Shown one piece after another: positions 19,046 to 29,608 of a stretch of 64,000 bases of DNA (position 1 is its first letter; each line of letters opens with the position of its first letter). This DNA is from Porticoccaceae bacterium (GTDB lineage: Bacteria; Pseudomonadota; Gammaproteobacteria; Pseudomonadales; Porticoccaceae). Below the pieces are notes generated by a model. That model had not been told where the DNA came from and searched no databases. It saw nothing but the letters and a program-made list of their open reading frames with translations. The stretch lies in contig JAYQEC010000003.1 in the NCBI GenBank assembly GCA_038138645.1, positions 5,081 through 69,080 of the forward strand. Reading direction: 5' to 3'. Both the position numbers and the translations under genes were made by a program.

Positions 19046-19738
19046 GTGGAAGCAGCATTCCTTAATGAGCTTGGCCTAGAAACTGAGGCAGCCAATATCA
19101 CAATTCCACACTTTATCGCTGTTGAAGGTCCAATTGGCGTTGGCAAAACCACATTAGCGAAACGCCTTGCCGAAACATTCAACTGCAAAACAATGCTTGA
19201 AGATGCCCACGAAAACCCGTTTCTAGAGCGCTTCTATCAAAATAAAAGCGCTAATGCGCTGCCGACTCAGCTGTCATTTCTGTTTCAAAGAATTCAAAAG
19301 CTTCAAACCTTAAAACAAGGAGAGCTCTTTCATGAGGGTCAGGTATCAGATTTTTTAATTGAAAAAGATCCGCTATTTGCTCAAATTACCTTAGATGACG
19401 ATGAATACCGACTCTATCAAACCCTATATGACAAAGTTATTGAAGAACTACCACAGCCTGACCTAGTGATATGCCTTCAAGCGCCCACAAGCACACTTTT
19501 AAACCGCGTACAGCAGCGCGGCAACCCTATCGAGCGCAATATAGATCAAACATACTTACAACAGCTTAATGACGCGTATACGCAGTTTTTTTACCATTAC
19601 GAAGACAGTCCTTTGCTGATTGTAAATACGAGTGAAATCAACTTGGCCGAGGGTAATTCTGATTACTATAACCTTGTAAAATATATACTTCGTGGTCATT
19701 CAGGCCGACATTATTACAACCCTCACCCTATTCAATAA
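19046..19738 (+). CDS. Deoxynucleoside kinase
   Basis: IAVEGPIGVGKTTL, NPFLERFY, QLSFLFQR. Confidence 0.9.
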   Translation: MEAAFLNELGLETEAANITIPHFIAVEGPIGVGKTTLAKRLAETFNCKTMLEDAHENPFLERFYQNKSANALPTQLSFLFQRIQKLQTLKQGELFHEGQVSDFLIEKDPLFAQITLDDDEYRLYQTLYDKVIEELPQPDLVICLQAPTSTLLNRVQQRGNPIERNIDQTYLQQLNDAYTQFFYHYEDSPLLIVNTSEINLAEGNSDYYNLVKYILRGHSGRHYYNPHPIQ

Positions 19739-19818
19739 TCATCCTATCTTTATGATGCTACAATAGAGCTTGGACAAGAAGTTAAAATATGCGTCTTATT
19801 TTTTGAGCACCTTAAATT

Positions 19819-20607
19819 ATGAAAAATATAACCATTGAGCATTTAAGATCTATCAAAGCTGAGGGCAACAAGTTTGCCGTTGTAACAGCTTATGATTATA
19901 GCTTTGCCAAGTTAATTGATGAGGCTGAAATCGAAGTCACATTGGTAGGTGACTCTCTAGGTAATGTGATTCAGGGTCAAGAGACAACTGTCCCTGTTAC
20001 CATCGATGAAATGGCCTACCATACTGCCAATGTTAAACGCGGTATTAGTACATCGTTAATCGTAGCTGATATGCCTTTTATGTCCTATGCAACCTTGCCT
20101 CAGGCTTTAGAAAATGCAGCAATTCTTATGCAGGCTGGCGCGCAAATGATCAAACTAGAAGGCGGAGAATGGCTTGCCGAGACAGTTTATGCGCTAACCG
20201 AACGAGGCATTCCCGTCTGTGGCCATCTCGGATTAACGCCACAATCAGTTCATAAGCTCAGCGGGTTTAAGGTTCAGGGCAAAGATTCAGAGGCCGCAGA
20301 AAAAATGCTTTATGAAGCCAAGCAGCTTGAAGAGGCTGGCGCTGATCTTTTAGTTGTCGAATGTATTCCATCAACATTGGGCGAATCATTGGCGAAAAAT
20401 TTAGATATACCGGTTATTGGCATTGGGGCGGGACCTGCAACTGATGCTCAGGTTTTAGTTCTTCAAGATATGCTGGGAATTTCAACTAAATTACCCAAGT
20501 TCGCAAAGAATTATCTTCAGCAGGAATCTAATATTCAAAACGCACTAAAAGCCTATAGACAAGAGGTTCTCAGCGGTGCTTTTCCGGGGGCTGAGCACTG
20601 CTTCTAA
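19819..20607 (+). CDS. panB: 3-methyl-2-oxobutanoate hydroxymethyltransferase
   Basis: TAYDY, LVGDSLG, KLEGG, GHLGLTPQS. Confidence 0.97.
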   Translation: MKNITIEHLRSIKAEGNKFAVVTAYDYSFAKLIDEAEIEVTLVGDSLGNVIQGQETTVPVTIDEMAYHTANVKRGISTSLIVADMPFMSYATLPQALENAAILMQAGAQMIKLEGGEWLAETVYALTERGIPVCGHLGLTPQSVHKLSGFKVQGKDSEAAEKMLYEAKQLEEAGADLLVVECIPSTLGESLAKNLDIPVIGIGAGPATDAQVLVLQDMLGISTKLPKFAKNYLQQESNIQNALKAYRQEVLSGAFPGAEHCF

Positions 20608-20635
20608 CTATGGCCACAAATTAAAGCAGCTTAAA

Positions 20636-21043
20636 CTAGTCCTTGGGTTTTACATACAGAACCAGACTGTGACCAACCAGTTGATAGCCCTTTTGCTCTG
20701 CGATCTTTTCTTGTAATGCTTCAATTTCATGGTTATGAAATTCAATAACCTTGCCAGATTCAGTGCATACCATATGATCATGGTGCTCGCCGCGGTCTAG
20801 TTCATAAACAGCAGGCCCAGAATCAAAATTATGCCTTTCAACAAGCCCAGCAGTCTCAAATTGAGTTAACACCCGGTATACGGTTGCAATACCAACATCT
20901 TCACCTGCATCACGAAGAGATTGATAGATATCTTCAGCGGTCATATGTCGTTCAGAACAATTTTCTAAAATCTGTAAAATTCTGATACGCGGCAATGTTA
21001 CCTTCAAACCCGCCTTTTTAAGTTCCATATCTTCTGGAGACAT
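20636..21043 (-). CDS. fur: Ferric uptake regulator
   Basis: GLKVTLPR, ATVYRVL, HHDH; divergent from bamE. Confidence 0.97.
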   Translation of the reverse strand: MSPEDMELKKAGLKVTLPRIRILQILENCSERHMTAEDIYQSLRDAGEDVGIATVYRVLTQFETAGLVERHNFDSGPAVYELDRGEHHDHMVCTESGKVIEFHNHEIEALQEKIAEQKGYQLVGHSLVLYVKPKD

Positions 21044-21109
21044 ACTTTACCCTTCTCTATGTTATCATTTGGCTATTATGTTGTTACTTGAATCTTATTG
21101 GAAGCCCAA

Positions 21110-21463
21110 ATGCGTATTAATTCTATTGTTATCTTGCTCTGTTTATCATTAATTTCTGGTTGTAGCTGGCTTCAGTTTCCAAGCATACATAAAGTTACTG
21201 TTCAGCAAGGCAATATAGTCAACCAAGAAATGGTAAGCAAATTAAAAATTGGTATGACTATGCCTCAAGTACAATATATCTTGGGCACTCCGCTGACAAC
21301 GGATACTTTTGATAATTCACGCTGGGATTATTTTTACAGTAAAGTTGATTCAGAGGGTAAAAGATCTGAGCGTCAACTGAGACTTAGCTTTGATAAAGAA
21401 GACCTTCTTCAGAGCGTATCTGGCGATTTTCAATTAACCGATACTGACCCAACTGCAGAATAA
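21110..21463 (+). CDS. bamE: Outer membrane protein assembly lipoprotein BamE
   Basis: Lipobox ISGC, QQGN, GMT..QVQYILGTP, RWDY. Confidence 0.93.
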   Translation: MRINSIVILLCLSLISGCSWLQFPSIHKVTVQQGNIVNQEMVSKLKIGMTMPQVQYILGTPLTTDTFDNSRWDYFYSKVDSEGKRSERQLRLSFDKEDLLQSVSGDFQLTDTDPTAE

Positions 21464-21793
21464 TTAGTCCGCTTTTTGCGCCTTGGCCTCTTCAGCTCTG
21501 CGACGTCGCACTTCTTTCGGGTCGGCAATAAGCGGTCGGTAAAGCTCTACTCTATCTCTGGCTTTTAGAATATAACTCTCTGGCGCCTCTAAGCCCTTAG
21601 TGCCCAGTACCTGAGAAAATATACCCATGGTGGTGTTCTCAATATCTATTTCAGGGAATAACGTCAATATGCCCGACTGTTTGACCGCTTCAAGAGCCGA
21701 AGTACCCTCTGCTACAGTCAGTTGTTTTAGCACCTGCTTTTCTGGAAGCGCGTAGGCTACTTCAACAATAATATCTGTCTCACTTGCTGTCAT
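21464..21793 (-). CDS. ratB: RnfH family ubiquitin-like protein (RatB/YfjF)
   Basis: VEVAYALP, DRVELYRPLIADPKEVRRRRA. Confidence 0.92.
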   Translation of the reverse strand: MTASETDIIVEVAYALPEKQVLKQLTVAEGTSALEAVKQSGILTLFPEIDIENTTMGIFSQVLGTKGLEAPESYILKARDRVELYRPLIADPKEVRRRRAEEAKAQKAD

Positions 21794-21801
21794 ATTTTTC
21801 C

Positions 21802-22239
21802 CTATTTATAAACTTCATCTGCTCGCCGACACAATGCATCTACAAGATTGTTAGCAACTCCAGAAAACATTCCTGCAGCTAGACTACCAAGCCCTCGCCG
21901 TTTAAATTCAAACTCAAGATCCAGCGACAACTTTGAAGCTGAATCAGAAAGCGCCTTAAACTGCCATAACCCCTTAAATGAACTAAAGGGCCCGTCCTGC
22001 AGGCTCATTTCAATACTTACACCCGGTACTAATTGATTTTTTGTGGTCAGATTAACCTCAATACCGGCTTTCTTTAAACACAGAGAAGCCACCATAAGCT
22101 GCTCTGTGTGCTCAATAATTTCAACTGACTGACAGCCATCCATAAATTGAGGATAGCTTGCCACATCATTCACTAAGCAGAACATATCCTCTGCTGAGTA
22201 TGGAACTAATGCTGACCTACTGACCTGTGCCACTGCCAC
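21802..22239 (-). CDS. ratA: RatA/Coq10 START-domain protein
   Basis: RSALVPYSA..MF.LVNDV..YPQF, GPF...G.WQF. Confidence 0.92.
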   Translation of the reverse strand: MAVAQVSRSALVPYSAEDMFCLVNDVASYPQFMDGCQSVEIIEHTEQLMVASLCLKKAGIEVNLTTKNQLVPGVSIEMSLQDGPFSSFKGLWQFKALSDSASKLSLDLEFEFKRRGLGSLAAGMFSGVANNLVDALCRRADEVYK

Positions 22240-22241
22240 CC

Positions 22242-23612
22242 CTAGAAGAATTTATCGTAAAAGCCCATTATAAAAACAGCGCCAATTGCTAGAGGGGCTA
22301 GGTAGCGCAAAGCAAAGCGCCATATTAACGCCACCTTGGGCTGAATACCTAACATTTCTGAATCAATAATTTTCTTATCCACCACATAGCCAACAAATAA
22401 TGCGATAAGTAAGCCAGAGATTGGCAACATAATATTGGCCGTTAAAAAGTCCAGAAAATCAAAGAATGTAAAACCAAATACCTGATAACCCGACCACAGA
22501 TTAAATGAAAATACCGTGCCTAATCCAAGAATCCAAACCAATACCGCAAGAATCGTATTGGCCTTAAATCGGTTCATATTCTTAGCTTCAACTAGCCAGG
22601 CTACGCAGGGTTCAAGTAAGGAAATAGCCGAACTCCAGGCCGCGATAGACACCAAAATAAAAAAGATCGCGCCAATTAATAGGCCGCCTGGCATGGTGCC
22701 AAAGGCCACTGGCAGACTAATAAACATAAGACCAGGACCCGCACTAGGCTCAATTCCCTGAGTAGCAAAAACAATAGAGAATATAATCAGCCCCGAAATA
22801 ATTGCCACGGCACTATCAAAAAATGCCACCACTAAAATGGTTTTACCAATATTGGCTTTTTGTGGCATATAGGCGCCATAAGCCATAATCGCACCCATAC
22901 CAATACTAAGGGTAAAAAATGCCTGCCCCATAGCTTCAAGTACGGAACGCCAAGTCAGCTGATCAAAATTAAAATCAAATAGAAATTTTACTGCTGCACT
23001 AAAATTACCCTCAAACATACTGAAGACCAGCAGCCCAATCAAAATAAAGAATAAGAGCGGCATTAATGTCTCAACCGCAACACCTAATCCTTTTTTAACA
23101 CCCCCCATGACAACGGCAACACAGAGCGCTAAAAATACCGTCTGCCAGAAAATTAACCTTGAGGGATCATTGAGTAAATTTGTAAATGCAGCGGCGGCAG
23201 AATTACCGTCAACTCCGCGAAGAGCGCCAGAACCCATCTCAATAATATAACTTAGCGCCCAACCTGCGATCACCGCATAAAAAGATAATATCAAAACACC
23301 GGCTACAACACCCAGCCAGCCTAAAAAAGCCCATCGGCGATTTGCTTCGCTTTCATCGACAATATCATTCATCGAATTAATTGGGCTTTTTCTGCCATGA
23401 CGACCTAGCATAACTTCAGCCATCATAACCGGCACTCCAATTAGCAAAATGCAGGCGAGATACACCAGTACAAAAGCACCGCCCCCATTGCTACCTGCAA
23501 CATAGGGGAATTTCCACATATTTCCCAATCCAACAGCTGAACCAGTTGCCGCCATAATAAAAGTCCAGCGACTGACCCAAGCTCCATGCATGCCTTTTTG
23601 TTGCAGTGCCAT
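22242..23612 (-). CDS. Sodium-dependent transporter (NSS/SNF family)
   Basis: GSAVGLGNMWKFPY, GQAFFTLS, GPGLMF; multiple TM helices. Confidence 0.93.
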   Translation of the reverse strand: MALQQKGMHGAWVSRWTFIMAATGSAVGLGNMWKFPYVAGSNGGGAFVLVYLACILLIGVPVMMAEVMLGRHGRKSPINSMNDIVDESEANRRWAFLGWLGVVAGVLILSFYAVIAGWALSYIIEMGSGALRGVDGNSAAAAFTNLLNDPSRLIFWQTVFLALCVAVVMGGVKKGLGVAVETLMPLLFFILIGLLVFSMFEGNFSAAVKFLFDFNFDQLTWRSVLEAMGQAFFTLSIGMGAIMAYGAYMPQKANIGKTILVVAFFDSAVAIISGLIIFSIVFATQGIEPSAGPGLMFISLPVAFGTMPGGLLIGAIFFILVSIAAWSSAISLLEPCVAWLVEAKNMNRFKANTILAVLVWILGLGTVFSFNLWSGYQVFGFTFFDFLDFLTANIMLPISGLLIALFVGYVVDKKIIDSEMLGIQPKVALIWRFALRYLAPLAIGAVFIMGFYDKFF

Positions 23613-23730
23613 ATCAACTCCTAATCATTGAGGGCTAAATTGTAAACATTTTTTTAGCCCTGACCTAGTATTGCATTTTTTATTAATGATTTTATTGCTT
23701 AGCATAAACGATTGAGGCAAAGAGTTTAAT

Positions 23731-23763
23731 TTGTCATGACAAACTCATTGGTCAACGTATAAT
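23731..23763 (+). promoter_or_regulatory. smpB promoter, probably producing a leaderless mRNA
   Basis: TATAAT 23758-63 lies 7 nt before the ATG; no SD; palindrome TTGTCATGACAA at 23731-42 over the -35 region. Confidence 0.55.
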
Positions 23764-23770
23764 CCCCTGC

Positions 23771-24244
23771 ATGAGTAAAAAGAAACCCAAACAGCAATCC
23801 AACACTATTGCACAAAACCGTAAGGTTCGACACGACTACTTTATCGAGGAGAAGTTTGAAGCCGGTATTGCCCTGCAAGGCTGGGAAGTGAAAAGCCTGC
23901 GTGAGGGCAGTGTAAACCTGACAGATACCTATGTGTTTGTAAAAGATAATGAAGCATGGCTATTGGGGACTAATATCACGCCGTTAAATACAGTATCAAC
24001 GCATTATGTCACTGAACCCACTAGAACTCGCAAGCTTCTGTTAAATGCGCGTGAATTAAAAAAAATCGAAGATTCCATTAAACAAAAAGGTAGAACCTGT
24101 GTATGTACTACCCTTTATTGGAAAGGTCATTTAGTAAAATGTGAAATTGCTCTTGCTAAGGGCAAAGTAGCCTATGACAAGCGTATGGATTCCAAAGAAA
24201 AAGACTGGAGCAGACAAAAACAAAGGTTAATGCGACACTCTTAA
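23771..24244 (+). CDS. smpB: SsrA-binding protein
   Basis: [30 protein letters not shown]. Confidence 0.98.
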   Translation: MSKKKPKQQSNTIAQNRKVRHDYFIEEKFEAGIALQGWEVKSLREGSVNLTDTYVFVKDNEAWLLGTNITPLNTVSTHYVTEPTRTRKLLLNARELKKIEDSIKQKGRTCVCTTLYWKGHLVKCEIALAKGKVAYDKRMDSKEKDWSRQKQRLMRHS

Positions 24245-24276
24245 TCATTAGCTTTTTCGCTTAATTCTAGCTAGCT

Positions 24277-25596
24277 CTACCCTTTTGGCGCTTCAAGAAG
24301 TTCAGCTTCTGGCATTACACACTTGAGCTTGGTCTCCAATAATTTTTCAATTGGTTCTAAACGAAAGGCATCATCTTCACAAGCAAAGCTAATCGAAGTG
24401 CCTGTTTTCCCTGCACGTCCGGTTCTGCCAATACGATGCACATAGTCTTCAGGCTCTTCTGGCAGAGTATAGTTAATCACATGACTTACACCATCGACAT
24501 GAATGCCTCGACCGGCAACATCGGTAGCAACCATGACTTTTAAAGCTCCTGACTTAAATGCATCCAAAGCCTTCATTCGACGATTTTGCGGCACATCGCC
24601 TGAAAGAATACCGACTTTAAAACCCTGTTTTTGAAGTTTTTCGTGCAATGTTCTGCAAATATCTCTTCGATTAGCAAAAACCATTACCGAATCTACATCA
24701 TCGGAGCGCAAAATATTTTGCAGTAAAACCATCTTTTCCTCAGTAGAGGCAATATAAATTTTTTGCTCGACAGTGTCAGTTGCTACCTTTTCCGCATCAA
24801 TCTCTACTGTCACTGGCTCAAAGGTCCAAGATTGAGAAAGACGCATAATTTCAGGAGTAAATGTTGCTGAATACAAGAGTGTTTGACGATCTTCTTTCTT
24901 AGGAGTTAGCTGTACAAGACGTCTAACCTGAGGAATAAATCCCATATCGAGCATGCGATCAGCCTCATCAATCACCAGCACCTCTACCTGATCTAGGTAA
25001 ATATCTCGATTATTAGCGAAATCTAAAAGCCGACCTGGCGTACCAACCAAAATATCACAGTGTCCACGCTGAAGTTTTGCAAGTTGCTTACCATAGTCCA
25101 TACCACCCACTAAGCAATGAACCCCTAAATCAACATGCTTGACCAAATTAGACGCATCATCAGCAATTTGAATAGCCAATTCGCGCGTTGGGGCCATAAT
25201 CATAGCTCTGGCCTCACCTAAATAGCGCTCGCCTTCGACAGGGTGCTTAATTAAGTCCGCAATAATACTTAACAAAAACGCAGCTGTTTTACCTGTACCG
25301 GTTTGAGCCTTACCTACCAAATCATAACCGTGCAAGGTATGAGGCAGGGAAGCAGCCTGAATGGGAGTACAGTATTCAAAACCTGCTTGATGAATACCCT
25401 GCATCAACTTTGCAGGTAAATCAAAATCATGAAATCGAGTTTTACCCTCTTGAGGCGGCACAACAAACTGAGAAATATCCCACTTTGGCGATTTTCGACG
25501 TCGAGATTTTGATGATCTTCGGTTTTTGCCAGACTCAGTATGCGCCGAAGAATTTTTCGTCGGTTGGTCTGTGGATTGTTCAGAATTTTTAGTCAA
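24277..25596 (-). CDS. rhlB: DEAD-box RNA helicase RhlB
   Basis: [35 protein letters not shown]; Pseudomonas-type RhlB N-terminus. Confidence 0.88.
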   Translation of the reverse strand: MTKNSEQSTDQPTKNSSAHTESGKNRRSSKSRRRKSPKWDISQFVVPPQEGKTRFHDFDLPAKLMQGIHQAGFEYCTPIQAASLPHTLHGYDLVGKAQTGTGKTAAFLLSIIADLIKHPVEGERYLGEARAMIMAPTRELAIQIADDASNLVKHVDLGVHCLVGGMDYGKQLAKLQRGHCDILVGTPGRLLDFANNRDIYLDQVEVLVIDEADRMLDMGFIPQVRRLVQLTPKKEDRQTLLYSATFTPEIMRLSQSWTFEPVTVEIDAEKVATDTVEQKIYIASTEEKMVLLQNILRSDDVDSVMVFANRRDICRTLHEKLQKQGFKVGILSGDVPQNRRMKALDAFKSGALKVMVATDVAGRGIHVDGVSHVINYTLPEEPEDYVHRIGRTGRAGKTGTSISFACEDDAFRLEPIEKLLETKLKCVMPEAELLEAPKG

Positions 25597-25782
25597 GTTA
25601 ATAGATACTTTGTTTGTTTTCTATACTGGCGAATAGCCTAAACTGATTTGCCGCGATGTTAAATTGGCGGCAAGTGTAGCAGAAATGTCCCCAAACCGCT
25701 TAAAAAATAACCAATCATGCTATACCTGTTCATTTCGACCACTTTTCCAATTATTACTCGATTTAAACTTTAGCCGATAAAT

Positions 25783-26622
25783 TTATTTCCATTGCCCTAA
25801 GGTCACACGGTCTATCAGATTGTAATCTTGATGCGTAACAACTTTTTGAAAGCCAGCCTCACTCATTAGACGGGCAACAGCTGACCCCTGATCAAAACCA
25901 TGTTCAAGTAGCAGCCAACCATTAGGTTTTAAATAAAATGGGCTTTTAGCAATAATTTTTTTTAAATCATCTAGACCATCAATACCAGAAACCAATGCTG
26001 TATTAGGCTCGAAGCGAACATCCCCTTGCTGAAGATGGGGGTCAGTGGCAGAAATATAGGGCGGGTTACTAACAATCAAATCAAATTGATCTTCTGTTAA
26101 TTGCACCGAATCAAACCAGTCACTTTGAAAAATTTCCACATTGGCAAGCCCGAGGGCCTGACAGTTTTTATTGGCCAAACTAACCGCGCCACTCTGAGAA
26201 TCCACAGCAACAAAATTCATATCGGGTCGCTCGCTGGCCAAGGCTAAGGCAATAGCGCCAGTGCCGGTCCCTAAATCCAACCCATCGCTGTTCTTGGGCA
26301 ACTGCAGGCCCAATGCAAGCTCTACTAATAACTCGGTTTCAGGTCGCGGTATTAGGGTATCCTTTGAGACTTGCAAATCCATTGACCAGAATCCACGGGA
26401 GCCAATAAGATAAGCAATAGGCTGACCCTCAACCCTTTGCTCGAGTAAAGCACGAAACTTAGCTTCTAGTGGCTGTGAAATTTCTTTTTCCGGCCAAGTG
26501 CGCAGCCAGGTTCGATCAACATCCAGTGTATAACAAAGTAATAGCTCACAATCTAACTGAGGTGAATCGCTAATCGCTGTCAACTGACTTGAAAGTTTTA
26601 GAAGCTCGGAAATATTAGCCAT
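25783..26622 (-). CDS. prmC: Release factor glutamine methyltransferase
   Basis: LIPRPETE, DLGTGTG, SNPPY. Confidence 0.97.
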   Translation of the reverse strand: MANISELLKLSSQLTAISDSPQLDCELLLCYTLDVDRTWLRTWPEKEISQPLEAKFRALLEQRVEGQPIAYLIGSRGFWSMDLQVSKDTLIPRPETELLVELALGLQLPKNSDGLDLGTGTGAIALALASERPDMNFVAVDSQSGAVSLANKNCQALGLANVEIFQSDWFDSVQLTEDQFDLIVSNPPYISATDPHLQQGDVRFEPNTALVSGIDGLDDLKKIIAKSPFYLKPNGWLLLEHGFDQGSAVARLMSEAGFQKVVTHQDYNLIDRVTLGQWK

Positions 26623-26633
26623 TGAAAAGGCTA

Positions 26634-27716
26634 CTAGTCGGAGAGACTGGCAAGCTGTTCTGCTTGGAATTCATTGATCAGCGGCTGAATAATTTCACTG
26701 AGACTACCTTCCACAACCTCACTTAATTTATACAGCGTTAGATTAATTCGATGATCTGTCACTCGACCCTGAGGGAAATTATAGGTGCGAATTCTTTCAG
26801 AGCGATCACCACTCCCCACTAAATTTTTGCGCTGCTCCGACTGTTCTTGAGCAGCAGCATCAGATTGCGCACTATTTAAGCGCGCCTGAAGGACTGACAT
26901 CGCCTTGGCGCGATTCTTGTGCTGTGAGCGCTCATCCTGACATTCCACCACAATCCCTGTAGGCAAATGCGTCAAACGAATAGCCGAATCAGTTTTATTG
27001 ACGTGCTGACCTCCAGAGCCCGAGGCACGAAATGTGTCCACACGTAAATCGGCCTTATTAATCTCGATTGCATCTTGCTCATCAGCCTCAGGCATCACCG
27101 CTACGGTACAGGCTGAGGTATGAATGCGCCCCTGAGATTCAGTTTCAGGAACACGCTGAACACGATGAGCGCCAGATTCAAATTTAAGCATCGAATAAGC
27201 ACCTTTACCGACGATTCTAGTAATAATCTCTTTGTAACCGCCATGGTCGCCTTCGCTTTCACTAATGACCTCAACTTTCCAACGCTGGCCCTCAGCAAAA
27301 CGACTGTACATTCTAAAAAGGTCACCGGAAAAAATAGCCGCTTCATCACCCCCAGTTCCCGCGCGAATTTCCAAGAATACATTCTTTTCATCATTGGGAT
27401 CCTTAGGAAGCAGCAATCTCTGAAGATCGAGCTCTAATGGCTCCATTTTAGACTCGGCTTCTGCAAGCTCATCCTGTGCCATAGCGCGCATATCAGGATC
27501 TGAATCTTTCAGCAGAAGTTTTGCTTCTTGGAGATTATTAATCACATCACGATAGTCTACATAAGCCTTAACCACTGGTTCTAACTCAGCATATTCTTTT
27601 GACAACTCTCGAAACCTATTCTGGTCTGAAATTGTTTCCGAATCACTTAATAAGGCAGCCACTTCTTGGTAGCGCTCATCAAGGTTGTCCAGTTTGGCTA
27701 AAATTGATGCTTTCAT
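26634..27716 (-). CDS. prfA: Peptide chain release factor 1
   Basis: VPET and GGQ motifs; upstream of prmC. Confidence 0.98.
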   Translation of the reverse strand: MKASILAKLDNLDERYQEVAALLSDSETISDQNRFRELSKEYAELEPVVKAYVDYRDVINNLQEAKLLLKDSDPDMRAMAQDELAEAESKMEPLELDLQRLLLPKDPNDEKNVFLEIRAGTGGDEAAIFSGDLFRMYSRFAEGQRWKVEVISESEGDHGGYKEIITRIVGKGAYSMLKFESGAHRVQRVPETESQGRIHTSACTVAVMPEADEQDAIEINKADLRVDTFRASGSGGQHVNKTDSAIRLTHLPTGIVVECQDERSQHKNRAKAMSVLQARLNSAQSDAAAQEQSEQRKNLVGSGDRSERIRTYNFPQGRVTDHRINLTLYKLSEVVEGSLSEIIQPLINEFQAEQLASLSD

Positions 27717-27749
27717 ATCATTATTTTCACTTGTTTCTTAATTCTCAAA

Positions 27750-28490
27750 TTAGAGCGCTTGCAAAACTGCTTCGCACATCGAAGATGGCAAGGCATTCTC
27801 AGCAATCTGGACGCTCTGGTATCCCATCTGTTGGGCTAATTGTGCAATTCTATCACTGGGAACCACTAGGGGTATATGCTTATCCAAGGGCGAACCCATC
27901 GCTTGTAGCAATTCACCACTATGAACAACCAAGCAGCTGGACTGTGATACAAAATTTTTCGCCTCTGCAAGATATTTAGCATTGATATTGCGCTGATATA
28001 ACTCAGCATAGGTCACCATAGCACCCCGTTTAACCAACTCATCACCTAATGTCTGCCTACCACTGCCACCGCGTAAAATAAGCACAGACTGCGCGGTCAA
28101 ATCTTGTAACTGCGCAAACTCTTGCAGTAAACCTTCTGTATTGGGCTGGTGATTAGGATAGCTAACAGGATAATTGTAGGCGGCAAAAATATCGGCAGTC
28201 TGTTGGCCAACTGCTAGAAAATGAGTATTTTTTGGTATCTCCGACCAGTGCTGAGCAATGATTGGTAGTCCTATTTCAGCGGCATTAGCGCTAATAAATA
28301 TCACCTGATCAAACTGATCCAAGCGATCAATACAATCGACTGCTTGAATATAATCATCACTTCCCGCAAGAGCAGGGTCTATTGTCATAATAGGAATATA
28401 TTTAAAGGCAATCGAAGCCTGATTAAGCAGTTTGAGAAATTCATCCTCATTGCGCAATGGCCTGACAACTAACACCGGCTTATTAGGCAT
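27750..28490 (-). CDS. hemD: Uroporphyrinogen-III synthase
   Basis: VLVVRP, IFISANA, AVGQQTA, LYQR; coupled to hemC. Confidence 0.88.
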   Translation of the reverse strand: MPNKPVLVVRPLRNEDEFLKLLNQASIAFKYIPIMTIDPALAGSDDYIQAVDCIDRLDQFDQVIFISANAAEIGLPIIAQHWSEIPKNTHFLAVGQQTADIFAAYNYPVSYPNHQPNTEGLLQEFAQLQDLTAQSVLILRGGSGRQTLGDELVKRGAMVTYAELYQRNINAKYLAEAKNFVSQSSCLVVHSGELLQAMGSPLDKHIPLVVPSDRIAQLAQQMGYQSVQIAENALPSSMCEAVLQAL

Positions 28491-29425
28491 TACTGATTAC
28501 CTAGTACTTCGCTAAGTATTTCACCCGCACCCATCTCGAGAAGCTGATCAGCCAAGGCTTCACCTAATTGTTGCGCTTGATCCACAGCACCCGAAAGTTG
28601 CGACTGTAAAATTTTCTGACCATCAATACTCCCCACTAGACCTCTAATGCTAATCGAATGGCCATCAGCTGAAAGCTCTGCGAAACAGGCTATTGGAACC
28701 TGACAGCCCCCCTGCAATCGACGATTCATTGCACGTTCAGCTATCACACAACTCGCTGTATCCTGATGATGCAATGGACTTAAAAGCGCTAAAATGGTCT
28801 CGTCATCAGATCGACACTCAATACCCACAGCGCCTTGACCACCCGCAGGAAGGCAGAGCTCAGTTTGTAGTCTAGAAGCAATTCTATGACTCATATCCAA
28901 ACGAATTAAACCCGCACTAGCAAGAATCAACGCGTCATATTCCGCATTATCCAGTTTATCTAATCGGGTATTAACGTTGCCACGCAAATCTTTTATTTGT
29001 AAATTTGGAAATTGCGCACGAATTTGAGTTTGACGGCGCAAGCTAGAAGAACCGACAACCGCATTGTCTGGCAACTGGGACAGATCGGTATAGTTGTTTG
29101 ATACAAAGGCATCCGTTGGATCCTCGCGCTTACAAATCACTGGCAAGTCCAACCCCTCAGGAAATTCCATAGGCACGTCTTTCATTGAGTGCACAGCAAT
29201 ATCTGCCCTTCCCTCAAGCATTGCCAGCTCAAGTTCTTTTACAAATAAACCCTTGCCACCAACCTTAGCCAAAGGAGCATCCAGTAGTTTGTCTCCTCGG
29301 GTACTCATTGCAACCAACTCAACCTGCAATTCAGGATGATGATTAAGCAGCTCCTGCTTAACAAACTCTGCCTGCCATAAAGCTAAGGGACTTTTTCTTG
29401 TGGCTATACGAACTTTTTTCGTCAC
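28490..29425 (-). CDS. hemC: Porphobilinogen deaminase
   Basis: [33 protein letters not shown]. Confidence 0.98.
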   Translation of the reverse strand: MTKKVRIATRKSPLALWQAEFVKQELLNHHPELQVELVAMSTRGDKLLDAPLAKVGGKGLFVKELELAMLEGRADIAVHSMKDVPMEFPEGLDLPVICKREDPTDAFVSNNYTDLSQLPDNAVVGSSSLRRQTQIRAQFPNLQIKDLRGNVNTRLDKLDNAEYDALILASAGLIRLDMSHRIASRLQTELCLPAGGQGAVGIECRSDDETILALLSPLHHQDTASCVIAERAMNRRLQGGCQVPIACFAELSADGHSISIRGLVGSIDGQKILQSQLSGAVDQAQQLGEALADQLLEMGAGEILSEVLGNQ

Positions 29426-29608
29426 GGTTTTAACCTAATTTAACGTCTAGGCTGACATTATCATCAATTTCAGCCAATTTGTCAGAGTAAACCTTTGAAA
29501 ACCCGTGGTTTATTAAAAAAAAATTGTAGATCTGGGGTAACTTCTAGCCCCCAAGCATCAGGATTAGCTATAATCGCTAAAAATTACATCTTTTGGGCAA
29601 AAAACTCG

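Noticed and set aside
21464-22239. ratA-ratB as a toxin-antitoxin or defence module
   Set aside because: This is a conserved core pair near smpB/bamE; RatA is a Coq10-like ubiquinone-binding protein.
24245-24276. tmRNA or prophage integration site next to smpB
   Set aside because: Only 32 bp separate smpB from rhlB; no ssrA or integrase is present.
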